In this document: piece by piece, positions 31,625-42,462 of the stretch | Layout of the letters: the number at the start of each line of letters is the position of its first letter | Numbering within the stretch: the stretch's first letter is position 1 | Origin: Burkholderiales bacterium | GTDB lineage: Bacteria > Pseudomonadota > Gammaproteobacteria > Burkholderiales > Burkholderiaceae_C | Direction of reading: 5' to 3' | DNA length: 64,000 nucleotides | Assembly (NCBI GenBank): GCA_016213265.1 | Contig: JACRBA010000134.1 | Coordinates: 29,043-93,042 of the forward strand | Position numbers and translations under genes: made by a program | The notes under the pieces: model-generated | Databases searched by the model: none | Seen by the model: only the letters and a program-made list of their open reading frames with translations | Told to the model about the DNA's origin: nothing

Positions 31625-32410
31625 CGCAACATCCTTGTCCTCGGCGGCACGCTGGAAGCCAGCGCGCTCGCGCTGGCCTTGGCCGAACGTGGCGAACGCG
31701 CTGTGTTGTCGTATGCCGGCCGGGTGGCCCAGCCCAGGGCGCAACCCATCGCCGTGCGCGTGGGCGGCTTCGGCGGCGTGCCCGGGCTGGTGCGGTATCT
31801 GCGCGACCAGGGTGTGACGCACCTCGTCGATGCCACCCATCCGTTTGCCGCGCAGATGAGCGGCAACGCCATCGCGGCCTGCGCGCAGACCGGCGTGCCG
31901 CTGCTGGCGCTGACGCGCGCCGCCTGGCAGCCCGGCCTGGGCGACCGGTGGCAGTCGGTGGCCGATCTCCCGGCTGCCGTCGCTGCGCTGGGCGGGCCGC
32001 CGCGGCGCGTCATGCTGGCCCTGGGGCGAATGCATCTGGCAGCGTTCGCGGCACAGCCCCAGCATCACTACGTCCTGCGGCTGGTCGATGTACCCGACAG
32101 CCCGCCGCCGTTGCCGCAGCACACGACCATCGTTTCGCGCGGTCCCTTCGACGTGGCGAGCGACACCGCGTTGATGCGCGAGCATCGGGTTGACATCGTG
32201 GTCTGCAAGAACGCCGGCGGCACGGGCGCGCAGGCCAAGCTGCACGCCGCGCGCGGCCTCGGCTTGCCGGTCTTGATGATGGCGCGGCCGCTGATCCCCG
32301 CCCGGCACGAGGTGACCCGCATGGACCAGGTGCTGCAGTGGCTGGGTCATGCGCCGCGTCCTCCGTCGGATCATGCGGACACCTCGGGCGGTGCAGAGCG
32401 CGGCGTGTAG
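31493..32410 (+). CDS. cobK: Precorrin-6A reductase; start uncertain
   Basis: ILVLGGTLEA, GGFGG, VDATHPFAAQMS, KNAGG; antisense to the rest of the operon. Confidence 0.9.
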   Translation: MAGAACDHLGRVERSAAGGRQAVRAVFAQPDDRQPRCLTIELSHRNILVLGGTLEASALALALAERGERAVLSYAGRVAQPRAQPIAVRVGGFGGVPGLVRYLRDQGVTHLVDATHPFAAQMSGNAIAACAQTGVPLLALTRAAWQPGLGDRWQSVADLPAAVAALGGPPRRVMLALGRMHLAAFAAQPQHHYVLRLVDVPDSPPPLPQHTTIVSRGPFDVASDTALMREHRVDIVVCKNAGGTGAQAKLHAARGLGLPVLMMARPLIPARHEVTRMDQVLQWLGHAPRPPSDHADTSGGAERGV

Positions 32411-33162
32411 ATCCACGGCACGCCGCCGTCTCGCGCGATCACCCGCGTCAGGCTGGAGCCGACGATGACGATGGTGCGCATGTCGGCCATCTCGGGCTGC
32501 GCGTCGCTCAGCGCAACGACACGGATGGTCTCGTCGGGGGTGGACACGGCGCGGGCGAAGATCACCGGGCGGGTGGGGCTTCCTGCAGCGCCGCATTCCT
32601 CGCGCAGCACGGCCAGGGCGCGGGTGAAGCCCTGCGGGCGCGACACCGAGCGCGGGTTGTAGAAGGCCATCGCGAAGTCGGCCTGCACCGCCAGCCGCAG
32701 GCGGCGTTCCACCAGCGCCCAGGGCTTCAGGTTGTCCGACAGGTTGATGGCGCAGAAGTCGTGGCCCAGCGGCGCCCCCGCGCGCGCTGCGGCGGCCAGC
32801 ATCGCGGTGATGCCGGGCAGCACGCGCACGTCCAGCGCGCGCCACGCGGCGGGGCCGGTCTCCACCGCCTCGAACACGGCCGAGGCCATCGCGAACACGC
32901 CGGGGTCGCCGGACGACACCACCACCACACGCCGACCCTCGCCGACCATGCGCAGCGCGTGGGCGGCGCGGTCCAGCTCGACCCGGTTGTCGCTGGCGTG
33001 CAGCGTGAGCCCGGTGCGTGGCGCCACCCGGGCCACATAGGGCAGGTAGCCCACCACGTCGGTGGCCGCTGCCAACGCCGCCGTCACCTCCGGTGTCACC
33101 CAGTCCTCGGCGCCGGGGCCGAGCCCGGCGACGACGAGCCAACCCTTGACGCTCCCGTCCAT
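32371..33162 (-). CDS. cobJ: Precorrin-3B C17-methyltransferase
   Basis: SSGDPGVFAMA, GHDFCAINLSD, YTPR. Confidence 0.95.
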   Translation of the reverse strand: MDGSVKGWLVVAGLGPGAEDWVTPEVTAALAAATDVVGYLPYVARVAPRTGLTLHASDNRVELDRAAHALRMVGEGRRVVVVSSGDPGVFAMASAVFEAVETGPAAWRALDVRVLPGITAMLAAAARAGAPLGHDFCAINLSDNLKPWALVERRLRLAVQADFAMAFYNPRSVSRPQGFTRALAVLREECGAAGSPTRPVIFARAVSTPDETIRVVALSDAQPEMADMRTIVIVGSSLTRVIARDGGVPWIYTPRSAPPEVSA

Positions 33163-33173
33163 GGTGGATTGGC

Positions 33174-33989
33174 TCAAGTTCCGCTCCCTGGCAAACACTG
33201 CACTTGCAGTTCATCGCCGGGCGCTGCGGCGGTGGCGCTGCGGTCCCGATCCCGGCAAGCCGCCAACACGTTGCCGACGATCAGGATCGCCGGGCTTTGC
33301 ATGCTGCTGGCGGCGGCATCCTCGACCAGACGCCCCAACGTGCTGAGCAGGCGCCGTTCCTGGCCGGTGCTGGCGTTCTGCACCAGCGCGGCGGGGGTGC
33401 CCGCGCTCAGCGTGGTGGCCAGGCCGGCCTGGACAACGGCCAGGCGCTGCATGGCCATGTAGACCACCAGGGTCAGCCCCTGTGCCGCCGCCGCGCCCAG
33501 GGTGGGCCAGTGCAGCTCGGCATTCGCTTCGCCGGCATGGCCCGTCACCAGCAGCACGCCATGGGCATGGTCGCGGTGTGTCCAGGGCACGCCCAGCGCG
33601 GTGGCGGCAGCCAGGCCCGAAGAGATGCCGTTGACCACCTGCACCGGTATTCCGGCGGCGCGCAGGTGCTCGGCCTCCTCGCCGCCGCGACCGAAGACGA
33701 GCGGGTCTCCACCTTTCAGTCGGACCACGGTTTCGCCGCGCTGCGCTTCGGCGACCATGAGCTTGTGGATGAAGGCCTGCGCGGTACTCTTGCATCCGCC
33801 TCGTTTGCCCACGTGCACGATACGCGCGCTGCGCCGCGCATAGCGCAGCACTCCGGCCCCCACCAGGTCGTCGACGAGCAGCACGGTGGCGCAGCGGATG
33901 GCCTTGATGGCCCGCACGGTCAGCAAGTCCGGGTCGCCCGGGCCGGCACCGACCAGGCTGACGCTGCCGGGCGCGGCGACGCTGCTCAT
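33174..33989 (-). CDS. cobA: Uroporphyrinogen-III C-methyltransferase
   Basis: VGAGPGDPDLLT, VGKRGG, RLKGGDPLVFGRGGEE. Confidence 0.95.
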   Translation of the reverse strand: MSSVAAPGSVSLVGAGPGDPDLLTVRAIKAIRCATVLLVDDLVGAGVLRYARRSARIVHVGKRGGCKSTAQAFIHKLMVAEAQRGETVVRLKGGDPLVFGRGGEEAEHLRAAGIPVQVVNGISSGLAAATALGVPWTHRDHAHGVLLVTGHAGEANAELHWPTLGAAAAQGLTLVVYMAMQRLAVVQAGLATTLSAGTPAALVQNASTGQERRLLSTLGRLVEDAAASSMQSPAILIVGNVLAACRDRDRSATAAAPGDELQVQCLPGSGT

Positions 33990-34717
33990 GGACGCCGCCC
34001 CCGCCCATGCACCAGCACGATCGAAAAATACGGCGTGACGCGGCCTTCGACCTGTGCCAGACGCACAACCTTCTGGCCCGGCATGGTGGCGAACTCGACC
34101 AGCCAGGCCTCGTCCAGACGGCCGGCGGTGGCCAGGGCTCGCCGCACCTTGTCGATGTGGCGGCCGATCTTCATCACCACCAGCGCTTCGCTGTCGGCCA
34201 TGTGGCGTGCGAGCCTGGCTTCGGGCAGGGTGCCCATCAGCACGGTCAGCACGTCGTCGCCCCAGGTGATGGGCTGGCCCGTGACCGTCCACGCGCCCGA
34301 CATGCCCGTGATGGCCGGCACCACCTGCACGGGGTGCGTCTCGACCAGCCGGGTGTAGAGGTGCATGAAGGAGCCATAGAAGAACGGGTCGCCCTCGCAC
34401 AGCACCACCACGTCGTGGCCGGCGTCCGACAGCGCGCGCAGGTGCGCTGCGCACTCGACATAGAAGGCCGAGAGAGCATGGTTGTAAGCCGGGTCTTCCA
34501 CCGGGATTTCGGTGGTGACGGGGTACTCCATCGCATGTTCCACCACGCCTTCGGGCAACAGCCCGTCGACGATGCGCCGCGCCTGTCCGGGCCGTCCGGC
34601 TTTGCGGAAATACGCGACGTGGGTGGCGCTGCGCAGCAAGCGGTGGGCGCGCACGGTCATCAGGTCCGGGTCGCCCGGGCCCAGGCCCAGGCCGTAGAGC
34701 GTGCCGAGTGAAGTCAT
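33986..34717 (-). CDS. cobI: Precorrin-2 C20-methyltransferase
   Basis: LYGLGLGPGDPDLMT, CEGDPFFYGS, PYFS. Confidence 0.95.
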   Translation of the reverse strand: MTSLGTLYGLGLGPGDPDLMTVRAHRLLRSATHVAYFRKAGRPGQARRIVDGLLPEGVVEHAMEYPVTTEIPVEDPAYNHALSAFYVECAAHLRALSDAGHDVVVLCEGDPFFYGSFMHLYTRLVETHPVQVVPAITGMSGAWTVTGQPITWGDDVLTVLMGTLPEARLARHMADSEALVVMKIGRHIDKVRRALATAGRLDEAWLVEFATMPGQKVVRLAQVEGRVTPYFSIVLVHGRGRRP

Positions 34718-35340
34718 TCCGAACGGCTCCCCAGCGCGTTGATCGCCGCCACCGTGATGGCGCTGCCGCCCAGCCGCCCGGCCACCGTGCAGCAAGGCGC
34801 GGGCTGCTCGGCCCACAGCGCCTCTTTCGATTCCGCCGCGCCGACGAAGCCGACCGGGCAGCCGACGATGGCCGCAGGCCGCGGGCAGGTCGGGTCTTGC
34901 AGCATGTTGAGCAGATGGAACAAGGCGGTCGGCGCATTGCCGATGGCCACCACGGCGCCTTGCAGGTGCGGCCGCCAGAGTTCCAGCGCGGCGGCGGAAC
35001 GGGTGGTCGACATCGCCTTGGCCAGCTCGGGCACGGTCGGGTCGTGCAGGGTACATAGCACGTCGTTGCCACACGGCAGGCGCGAACGGGTCACCCCCTG
35101 GCTGACCATGCGCGCATCACACAGGATGGGCGCACCGGCCGCCAGGGCCGCCCGTGCCGCACGCACGAAGCCGGACGAGAAACGGAGGTGCGCTTCGAGC
35201 CCGATCAGGCCGGCGGCGTGGATCATGCGCACCGCCACCGGCTCGTCGTCGGCATCGAAGCGTGCGAGGTCGGCCTCGGCGCGGATCATCGCGAAGGAGC
35301 GTTGGTAGATGGCCGCGCCATCGGTTTCATAAACATGCAT
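34714..35340 (-). CDS. cobH: Precorrin-8X methylmutase
   Basis: IYQRSFAMIR, GNAPTAL, PVGFVGAAESK. Confidence 0.96.
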   Translation of the reverse strand: MHVYETDGAAIYQRSFAMIRAEADLARFDADDEPVAVRMIHAAGLIGLEAHLRFSSGFVRAARAALAAGAPILCDARMVSQGVTRSRLPCGNDVLCTLHDPTVPELAKAMSTTRSAAALELWRPHLQGAVVAIGNAPTALFHLLNMLQDPTCPRPAAIVGCPVGFVGAAESKEALWAEQPAPCCTVAGRLGGSAITVAAINALGSRSE

Positions 35341-36566
35341 CAAAGGGCTCCGATGAATGAGCGCAGGGCCTCGGGGGACAGCCCTGTCTGCGATGGTGTG
35401 TCCCAGGCGCAGCCGTCGCGCACCAGATCGAATTTGCCGTTGCGGCCCACCAGGGTGATGTCGGCGGCGCGAGCGCGGGCGCAGCCTTTGGTGCAGCCGG
35501 ACACATGCAGGCTGCGACGTGCGCCGGGGGCCACCGTCTCGAGAGCAGGCGCGAGTGCACGGGCCATTGCGCGGGTCTCCACCGTGGCCGAGGTACATGA
35601 CGGTGCGCCGGGACAGGCGTCAATGCGCAACATGGGGTCGTCGGCCGCCGTGAGGAACTCGGTCGAATCGCGCCGCCCGCCAGCTTCCAGAATCAGTGCG
35701 CGGTGCGGCGTCAAGCGCAGCGCCGCTGCGCCGCTGTCGCGCAGCAGGCGAGCGAGCGCGGCTGCCTCGATCTGGCCGAATGCCACGCCGTAGACCGGCC
35801 CGAGCGCCGACATGCCGGGACGAGGCAATGCGGCTGACGGTGCCGGGGGTTCGAGCGGCTTCAGGTCGCGGGGAAGTGGGTGGGTGACCAGGTGGCGACT
35901 CATGCGCCTTGATGCAGGTTCAACCGATCCCGCCGTCGCCGCAAACCAGGCGGCCAGGGCGAGCGCCGTATCCACTGCACCAGCCCGCGTGACCGGGTGG
36001 CCGGCCGCAGCACCATCGGCGCGCACGATCAGCCCGCCCGAGCGGCCGCGTTCGATGCGCACGTCGGCCGAGGCTTCAGCCAACACCGGGGCCGGCCCCG
36101 CATCCACCGCGAAACCGAACTTGGGCGGCAAGGCGGGCAGCTCGCCAAGGCGCGCCGCCAGCTCGGAGGCGATGCGCTCGGTGTCATCGCCCGCCTGCCA
36201 GCAGGGCGCCACGAGGATGGCGGGCCAGGCTTCCCGCGCCGCGTCGGCATCGAGCAGGCCCAGGCCGCAGAGTGCCTCAATCACCGCGTCATGGTGGCGT
36301 GGTGTCACACCGCGCAGCTGCAGGTTGGCTCGGTTGGTCAGGTCGATGAGCCCCGAACCCAAGCCTTGCGCCGCCTCGCAAAGCCCCATGGCTTGCGCGA
36401 CCGTCAAGCGCGCCAGGCGTGGGCGCACGCGCACGAGCAGGCCATCGCCCGAGGCCATGGCGCGATGGGCGCCGGGGCACCAACCCTTGGCGGTCGGGCG
36501 CAAGCCGAGCGGGCCTGCGGGCGGGCCAGCAGCGTTTGGCAGGGCCAGGAGGGCCAGGCGGGTCAT
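35340..36566 (-). CDS. cobG: Precorrin-3B synthase
   Basis: [34 protein letters not shown]. Confidence 0.92.
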   Translation of the reverse strand: MTRLALLALPNAAGPPAGPLGLRPTAKGWCPGAHRAMASGDGLLVRVRPRLARLTVAQAMGLCEAAQGLGSGLIDLTNRANLQLRGVTPRHHDAVIEALCGLGLLDADAAREAWPAILVAPCWQAGDDTERIASELAARLGELPALPPKFGFAVDAGPAPVLAEASADVRIERGRSGGLIVRADGAAAGHPVTRAGAVDTALALAAWFAATAGSVEPASRRMSRHLVTHPLPRDLKPLEPPAPSAALPRPGMSALGPVYGVAFGQIEAAALARLLRDSGAAALRLTPHRALILEAGGRRDSTEFLTAADDPMLRIDACPGAPSCTSATVETRAMARALAPALETVAPGARRSLHVSGCTKGCARARAADITLVGRNGKFDLVRDGCAWDTPSQTGLSPEALRSFIGAL

Positions 36567-38050
36567 GCGCGCAAGCACCGGTTCAGCACGCCGGGCTCGA
36601 AGTGCCGGTCCACGAGATCGGCAAGTCCGTCCAGGCTGGCATCGAGGGTGGCCACCTCGGCGCCAAACAGCGCGCGCATCACGGCCGCCGATTCGAACAG
36701 GCCGTGGGCATAGGCGCCCAGCACCGGGCCGCGTTGCCAGCCGATCACGGTGCCGTGGCCATCGCGCAGCGCGGTGGCGAGCGCCGCGCCGGGCAGCGCA
36801 TCAACGGGCTCGGTGATGCCGGTCCTGATCTCGTAGGCGGGGGTATCGATGCCGGCCAGCGCCTGCCAAGGTGGCTGCAAATCGTCGAAGCGTGCCTGCA
36901 CGGCCAGCACGCGCTTGGGCGCGGCATAGCGTGTGCTCAGCGGCAGCAGGCCGAGGCCGGGCACGCTGCCCGGCGTCCCGTCCAGGCCTTGCGGATCGTT
37001 CAGCCAGGTGCCCAGCATCTGCAAGCCGCCGCAGACGCCCAGCACCCGTTTGCCCTGGGCCGCGTGACGGGCGATGGCGGCGTCCAGCCCACGCTCGCGC
37101 AGCCAGTGCAGGTCGCCGCTGACTTGCTTGGAGCCGGGAAGAATGATCCAGTCCGCCGCCTCCAGCTCGGCCGCGTGGCGCGCCCAGGTCAACCGCAGGC
37201 CGGGCACCTGGCGCAGCGGCTGGAACTCGTCGAGGTTGCTGATGCGTGGGTAGGCGACCACCGCCACGCGCTGGTGCGGCGCTTCGCCGTCGCCGATGGC
37301 GGCGGCGTCGAACACGCCGTCTTCGTCAGGCAGGCCATGGTCGCGCTGCATCGGCAGCACGCCGACGATGGGCACGTCCGTCAGCTGTCGCAAGCGGTCA
37401 GGCCCGGGCGCCAGCAAAGCCGCGTCACCGCGGAACTTGTTGAGCACGAAGCCGGCGAGCGTCGGCTTCAGGTCATCGGGCAGCAGCGCCCAGGTGCCGT
37501 AGAGGTGGGCGAAGGCGCCGCCGCGGTCGATGTCGGTGACAACCAGGCTCTTGAACTCGCCCGCCGCCTGCGCCCAGCGTGCAGTGCCGAGGTTCACATA
37601 GTCGTGCGCGGCGAGGTTGATCTCGGCCGGCGAGCCCGCACCCTCGATCACCAGCAGTTCGTGCTGGGCGTGCAGGCGCACGAAGCTTTCGTGCGCCGCG
37701 GTCGCCAGGTGGGCGCTGCGCTCGCGCCAGGGCAGGCGCGACAAGTCATCCGCCACGTGACCCTGCAACACCACCTGGCTGGAGGTGTCGCGCTCGGGCT
37801 TGAGCAGCACCGGGTTCATGTCCACCGTCGGCGGCACGCGCGCGGCCAGGGCCTGGAAATACTGCGCCGCGCCGATTTCGCCGAAGCCGCCGTCCGGCCC
37901 GGGCACCACCCGTGCGTTGTTGCTCATGTTTTGCGCCTTGAACGGCGCCACGTCGATGCCCCGCTGCGCAGCCCAGCGGCACAGCGCGGTGGCCAACAGG
38001 CTCTTGCCTGCACCGCTGCTGCTGCCCCAGACCATCAGGCTGCGCGTCAT
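36563..38050 (-). CDS. cobQ: Cobyric acid synthase
   Basis: [36 protein letters not shown]. Confidence 0.96.
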   Translation of the reverse strand: MTRSLMVWGSSSGAGKSLLATALCRWAAQRGIDVAPFKAQNMSNNARVVPGPDGGFGEIGAAQYFQALAARVPPTVDMNPVLLKPERDTSSQVVLQGHVADDLSRLPWRERSAHLATAAHESFVRLHAQHELLVIEGAGSPAEINLAAHDYVNLGTARWAQAAGEFKSLVVTDIDRGGAFAHLYGTWALLPDDLKPTLAGFVLNKFRGDAALLAPGPDRLRQLTDVPIVGVLPMQRDHGLPDEDGVFDAAAIGDGEAPHQRVAVVAYPRISNLDEFQPLRQVPGLRLTWARHAAELEAADWIILPGSKQVSGDLHWLRERGLDAAIARHAAQGKRVLGVCGGLQMLGTWLNDPQGLDGTPGSVPGLGLLPLSTRYAAPKRVLAVQARFDDLQPPWQALAGIDTPAYEIRTGITEPVDALPGAALATALRDGHGTVIGWQRGPVLGAYAHGLFESAAVMRALFGAEVATLDASLDGLADLVDRHFEPGVLNRCLRA

Positions 38051-38640
38051 GCAATGCCCCCCGCGGAACTGGCGCCTGGCGGCAACGCGACCATTGTCGG
38101 CAGCGTCCAGCACTCGCCATGGCGCGGCACGACGGGCCACTGGTCGGCCCGGACGGGCAACGGCTGCGCGCAGGCCAGCCATCGCCGTGCCAGCATCCAA
38201 CCGGCGTGCGCCACGATGACCACGGGTGCTGCGGGCGCTTGCCAGGCCGCCACGCGCGCAAACAGCTCGTGAAGGGTTTCACCGCCGCCGGGGCGGTGGT
38301 GTAGGAACTCTGCACACCAGGCATCGACCTCTTTCCTTGGGATCTGCGACCAGGGCAGGCCGTCCCAGCGGCCGAAGTCCATTTCGAGCAACGCGGGCAG
38401 CCGCTCGTGCCGCCAGCCCCAGCGCTGCAGCCATTGCCCGACGGCTGCGCAGCGGAGCAGCGGCGAGGTCAGCACCCGTCGCGGCAGGCCGCGTAGGCGT
38501 GCGGCGCGGCGGATGCGGTGCGCCAACCGCTTGGCACGCCGCCGGTCGATGCCGATGTCGGTGCGGCCGATACAGCGGCCCGCCGCTTCCTGTGCTCGCG
38601 GGTGTCGCCAGACCCACAACTGTCCGCCAGGCTCAAGCAC
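38047..38640 (-). CDS. cobC: Histidine phosphatase, probable alpha-ribazole phosphatase
   Basis: WRHP, CIGRTD, TSPLLRC, EMDFGRWDG, VAHAG; operon context. Confidence 0.75.
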   Translation of the reverse strand: MLEPGGQLWVWRHPRAQEAAGRCIGRTDIGIDRRRAKRLAHRIRRAARLRGLPRRVLTSPLLRCAAVGQWLQRWGWRHERLPALLEMDFGRWDGLPWSQIPRKEVDAWCAEFLHHRPGGGETLHELFARVAAWQAPAAPVVIVAHAGWMLARRWLACAQPLPVRADQWPVVPRHGECWTLPTMVALPPGASSAGGIA

Positions 38641-39472
38641 GGGACCCCCCGGTGAACGGCAACCAGGCGAGCCAGGTCAACAGGCCGACCAATTCGACGA
38701 TCTGCTGCGTGGCGCCCAGCGTGTCGCCGGTGAAACCGCCCAGCCGGTGGTGCAGCCAGCGCGCGCAACACAGCGTGGCCGATGCGCATGCCGCCAGGGC
38801 AGACAGGGCCACCCAAAGCGCAGCCGTCCAGGAAGAAGCCTCGGTCCAGACCGTGACCCACACGGCTGCACCGCTGGCGACCCCGACCCAGACCAGCGCG
38901 AAGCCCAAGCCGCGGCCGCTCGCCCGCGTGGCCAATGGCTTGGCCTTCGCGTGCTCGGCATCGCCGGCATAGGGCAGACGCCACACCAGCCACACCGGGG
39001 CGGCGCGCGACACCGCGTGCGACCAGATCAAGGCCATGGCTGCCCATGCCAGGCCATCGGTCTGCGCGGCGCTCGCCAGGCCCGCCACCGCCGTCACCTT
39101 CAGCACCAGGGCCAGCACCAGCGCCACCGCACCGTAGCTGCCGATGCGCGAGTCCTTCATGATGGCAAGCGCGCGTTCGCGGCTCACCGCGCCACCCAGC
39201 GCATCGCAGGTGTCGGCCAGGCCGTCTTCGTGGAAAGCGCCGGTCAGCCATACCGTTGCCACCAGGCTGACGGTGGAGGCCACCAGTGGAGGCCACAGCA
39301 GCAGCGCGAACCAGAATATCGCCGCTGCCCAGGCCCCGACGCAGGCTCCGACCAGCGGAAAGTGGCGCAGGCAGGCCTGCAGCCAGGCGGGCTCGAAGCC
39401 CAGGCGGCGCGGCACCGGCACGCGCGTCAGGAACTGCAGCGCGATGAAGAACAGACGCAGCTCTTGTGTCAT
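38633..39472 (-). CDS. cobS: Adenosylcobinamide-GDP ribazoletransferase
   Basis: QFLTRVP, GAFHEDGLADTCD, IMKDSRIG, GFTGDTLGA. Confidence 0.95.
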   Translation of the reverse strand: MTQELRLFFIALQFLTRVPVPRRLGFEPAWLQACLRHFPLVGACVGAWAAAIFWFALLLWPPLVASTVSLVATVWLTGAFHEDGLADTCDALGGAVSRERALAIMKDSRIGSYGAVALVLALVLKVTAVAGLASAAQTDGLAWAAMALIWSHAVSRAAPVWLVWRLPYAGDAEHAKAKPLATRASGRGLGFALVWVGVASGAAVWVTVWTEASSWTAALWVALSALAACASATLCCARWLHHRLGGFTGDTLGATQQIVELVGLLTWLAWLPFTGGSRA

Positions 39473-40527
39473 CGCGACGGGTCGGCGCCGGGTTCGGGAT
39501 CGGACTGACGGCTCACGCCGGCCGACTCGAAGCTGGCCATCTCGCCCAGCAGCCGGCAAGCTGAATCGAGCAGCGGCCAGGCCAGCGCAGCGCCCGAACC
39601 CTCGCCCAGCCGCAGGCCCAGGGTCAACAGCGGTTGCGCCTCCAGGGCGCGAAGCATCAGCGCATGGCCGGCTTCGTCGGAGCAATGGGCGAAGACGCAG
39701 CGCGACAGCACCGTGGGCTGCAGGCGAGCCGCGATGAGAACGGCGCTGCTGGCGATGAATCCGTCGACGACGATCACCCGGCGCTCGAGCGCTGCCTGCA
39801 GCACCGCGCCGGACATCATCGCGATCTCGAAGCCGCCGAAGGCCGCCAGTGCGGCGAGCGGTGCGGTCGCTTGGGCGTGACGCGCCAACACGTCGCGCAG
39901 CACGCGCACCTTGCGCGCCAGGCCGGCATCGTCCAGCCCCGTGCCGCGGCCGACACACAGCTCGATGGACTGATCCGTTAGGCGCGCCAGCAGCAGCGCC
40001 GCGGCCGAAGTGTTGCCGATGCCCATCTCGCCAATGAGCAGCGCGTTGCCAGGCAGGGCCTGCACCACCTCGCGGCCGGCGGTGATGGCCGCAGCGCATT
40101 GCGCTTCGCTCATCGCCGGGCCGGCCAGCGCATCGGCGGTGCCGGGACCGATCTTGCGTTGCACCAGGCCGGGCCGGGGCGCGAAGTCGTGGCGCACGCC
40201 AGCGTCCACCACCGTCAGGGCCAGGCCATGCTGGCGTGCCAGCACGCTGACCGCCGCGCCACCGGCGAGGAAGTTCTCCACCATCTGCCAGGTCACGTCG
40301 CTCGGATAGGCCGAGACGCCTTGCGCTGCCAAGCCGTGGTCGGCCGCAAAGACCACGAGTTGGGGCTGATCCAGGCGTGGGCTGCTGGTACCAAGGATGC
40401 AGCCGATCTGGACGGCTAGCGTTTCGAGCCGGCCCAGGGAGCCCAGCGGTTTGGTCTTGCCATCGACACGGGCCTGCAGCGCGCTGCGCAGCGTTGCGTC
40501 GTCCAATTCAGGGATGTTGGGGATCAT
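39469..40527 (-). CDS. cobT: Nicotinate-nucleotide-DMB phosphoribosyltransferase
   Basis: KTKPLGSLGRLE, FAADHG, GEMGIGNT, LRLGEGSGA. Confidence 0.96.
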   Translation of the reverse strand: MIPNIPELDDATLRSALQARVDGKTKPLGSLGRLETLAVQIGCILGTSSPRLDQPQLVVFAADHGLAAQGVSAYPSDVTWQMVENFLAGGAAVSVLARQHGLALTVVDAGVRHDFAPRPGLVQRKIGPGTADALAGPAMSEAQCAAAITAGREVVQALPGNALLIGEMGIGNTSAAALLLARLTDQSIELCVGRGTGLDDAGLARKVRVLRDVLARHAQATAPLAALAAFGGFEIAMMSGAVLQAALERRVIVVDGFIASSAVLIAARLQPTVLSRCVFAHCSDEAGHALMLRALEAQPLLTLGLRLGEGSGAALAWPLLDSACRLLGEMASFESAGVSRQSDPEPGADPSR

Positions 40528-41558
40528 GGGTGCGCCGTTTCGACGGAAGTGGAGACAGGGTGGTGATCGGTGGCCAGCAGCCGCAAGGCGCTGTGCAGCG
40601 CTTCGAGCGCCTCCGGCGGCTGCGCCGAAACGCGCATCCAACCCGGCAGGCCAAACGAGGTGGTGTCCCGCACGGCCAGGCCGTGGCGCCGCAGGGCCGC
40701 GGGCTGAATCGCGGCCGGCCGGTGCGCGCAAAGAAACGGTGTCACGCTGGGCGCAGGTTGCAGGCCCAGGTCTGCCAGCCCGGCGCGCAGTGAGTCTGTC
40801 CAGGTGCGCAGTGTGATGCGCGCATCGGCCAGCCAGGCTTGGGTGGCCGGTTCGGTCCAGCATTCGAGCAAGCCGACGGCGTGGGCACCCAGCGGCCAGG
40901 AGGGTTCGGCGGCGTGCAGCGTATCGCACCAGGTTTGCAGTGGCCATGCTGCACCCGCCGGTGCGATGGCATAGGCACCGCGGACGCCCGGCAGGCCCAA
41001 CGCCTTGTTCGGGCTGTAGAGCCGGAACACGGCATCCTCGGCGTCGCTAGCCCAGCGCGGCGCGCCACTGAGCCGGAGCGGCGCATACGCCGCGTCCAGC
41101 ACCGTGGGCGTGGCCCCCGGGTCGTGCGGCGGCGCGGCGTCCTGGCCCAGCGGGCTGCCGGGATCGGCGCACCAGCGCAGCGTGGCGGTGGCGTCTTCGG
41201 TGCGCACCACGGCGCGGCCGCAGGCCTGTGCCGCCACCGCGTAGTCGCCATAGGCCAGCGCTGGCCCGGCAACCGGCCCGGGTGCGAGCCGCTGGCCTAC
41301 GGCCGTGATGCGCTGGATGAACTCGCTCGCGCTGGCCGCGAGCAGGATGCGTCGCTCGTCGACGCCATGCCACACCGCCAAGCGCTGGCGCAGCGCGTGG
41401 TAGCCGGGGTCGGGGTAGCGGGTGGCGTCAGCTCGGGCCAGCGCCTGCACGGCCTGCGGGCAGGGGCCTGCGGCGTTGACGTTGGTGGAGAAATCCCAGC
41501 GGACGGGGCCCTGGGCGTCGGGGCCGCCGTGCGGGCGGGCGATGGTGGCCGCCCTCAC
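40524..41558 (-). CDS. cobD: Threonine-phosphate decarboxylase-like PLP enzyme
   Basis: HGG, DFSTNVN, YPDP, SPNKALGLPGVRGAY; GTG start overlaps upstream stop. Confidence 0.8.
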   Translation of the reverse strand: MRAATIARPHGGPDAQGPVRWDFSTNVNAAGPCPQAVQALARADATRYPDPGYHALRQRLAVWHGVDERRILLAASASEFIQRITAVGQRLAPGPVAGPALAYGDYAVAAQACGRAVVRTEDATATLRWCADPGSPLGQDAAPPHDPGATPTVLDAAYAPLRLSGAPRWASDAEDAVFRLYSPNKALGLPGVRGAYAIAPAGAAWPLQTWCDTLHAAEPSWPLGAHAVGLLECWTEPATQAWLADARITLRTWTDSLRAGLADLGLQPAPSVTPFLCAHRPAAIQPAALRRHGLAVRDTTSFGLPGWMRVSAQPPEALEALHSALRLLATDHHPVSTSVETAHP

Positions 41559-42445
41559 ATCGATCTCCCTGCACAAGCCAGGACCGCTGCCGCCATCGCC
41601 AGCCATGCGGCCCGCGAGGCGATGCGCAGCGCTTTGGCCGTGTCGGCAGCCGACGGTGACGGCGACTGCCCGTTCAGTGCATAAACCCCTGGCTTGCGCA
41701 AACGCACACCCAGGCGCAGCGCCATCGCGCCCATCGGCCAGCCGCCATTCGGCGACGGCGTGCGCGCGGCTTCGATGCGCAACAGGGGCCAGTCCTGCAA
41801 GGCAGGCCACAGCAGCAGCGCGGTCAAGCGCGCCGGCAGCCAAGACAGCAGGTCGTCGGCCCGCGCCGCGAACTTGCCCGCCCATTCGTAGCGATCTCGG
41901 TAGCCCCACATCGCATCGGCGGTGTTGGCAAAGCGGTAGACCACCGCGCCGGGCAGGCCCGCGACCGCGAACCAGAACAGCGGTGCCACCACCGAATCGT
42001 TCAGATTCTCGGCCAGGGTCTCAATGGCCGTCTCGCGGATCTCGGCTTGGTTCATCGCGCTCACGTTGCGGCTGGCCAAGCGCGACACCCGTTCGCGGCC
42101 CGCTTCCAGCGACTGCGCCAGCGCGTGCTCGACCGCCTGAACCTCGTCGCGCAGCATGCGCCATGCGAAGCAGGGTTTGAGCGCCAGTGCGAGCAGCAAG
42201 GCGCCGGCTGCCCACGGCAAGGCGGGGACCGCGCTTTCGGCGCCGTGGGCCATGACAGCCAGCGCGGCGGCGATGACTCCCCATGCCAGCGCGCCGCCGA
42301 TGAACGCCGGCACGCGGCGCCAAGCGCACAGCCGCTGACCGAGCGGCCCGAGCAGCCGGCCCAGCCAGGCAACAGGATGCAGGGCGTTGGGCGGTTCACC
42401 GACGGCCGCGTCCAGCGTCCAGGCGACCAGCAATGCGGCGGGCAT
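41555..42445 (-). CDS. cbiB: Adenosylcobinamide-phosphate synthase
   Basis: HPVAWLG, AENLNDSVVAPLFW, NTADAMWGY, SPNGGWP. Confidence 0.95.
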   Translation of the reverse strand: MPAALLVAWTLDAAVGEPPNALHPVAWLGRLLGPLGQRLCAWRRVPAFIGGALAWGVIAAALAVMAHGAESAVPALPWAAGALLLALALKPCFAWRMLRDEVQAVEHALAQSLEAGRERVSRLASRNVSAMNQAEIRETAIETLAENLNDSVVAPLFWFAVAGLPGAVVYRFANTADAMWGYRDRYEWAGKFAARADDLLSWLPARLTALLLWPALQDWPLLRIEAARTPSPNGGWPMGAMALRLGVRLRKPGVYALNGQSPSPSAADTAKALRIASRAAWLAMAAAVLACAGRSM

Positions 42446-42462
42446 CGTGCAGTCCACCGGGT

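Noticed and set aside
30413-33214. 933-aa ORF suggesting a large CobL fusion
   Set aside because: Only the part from 31624 is CobL; the rest overlaps cobK and cobJ in non-coding frames
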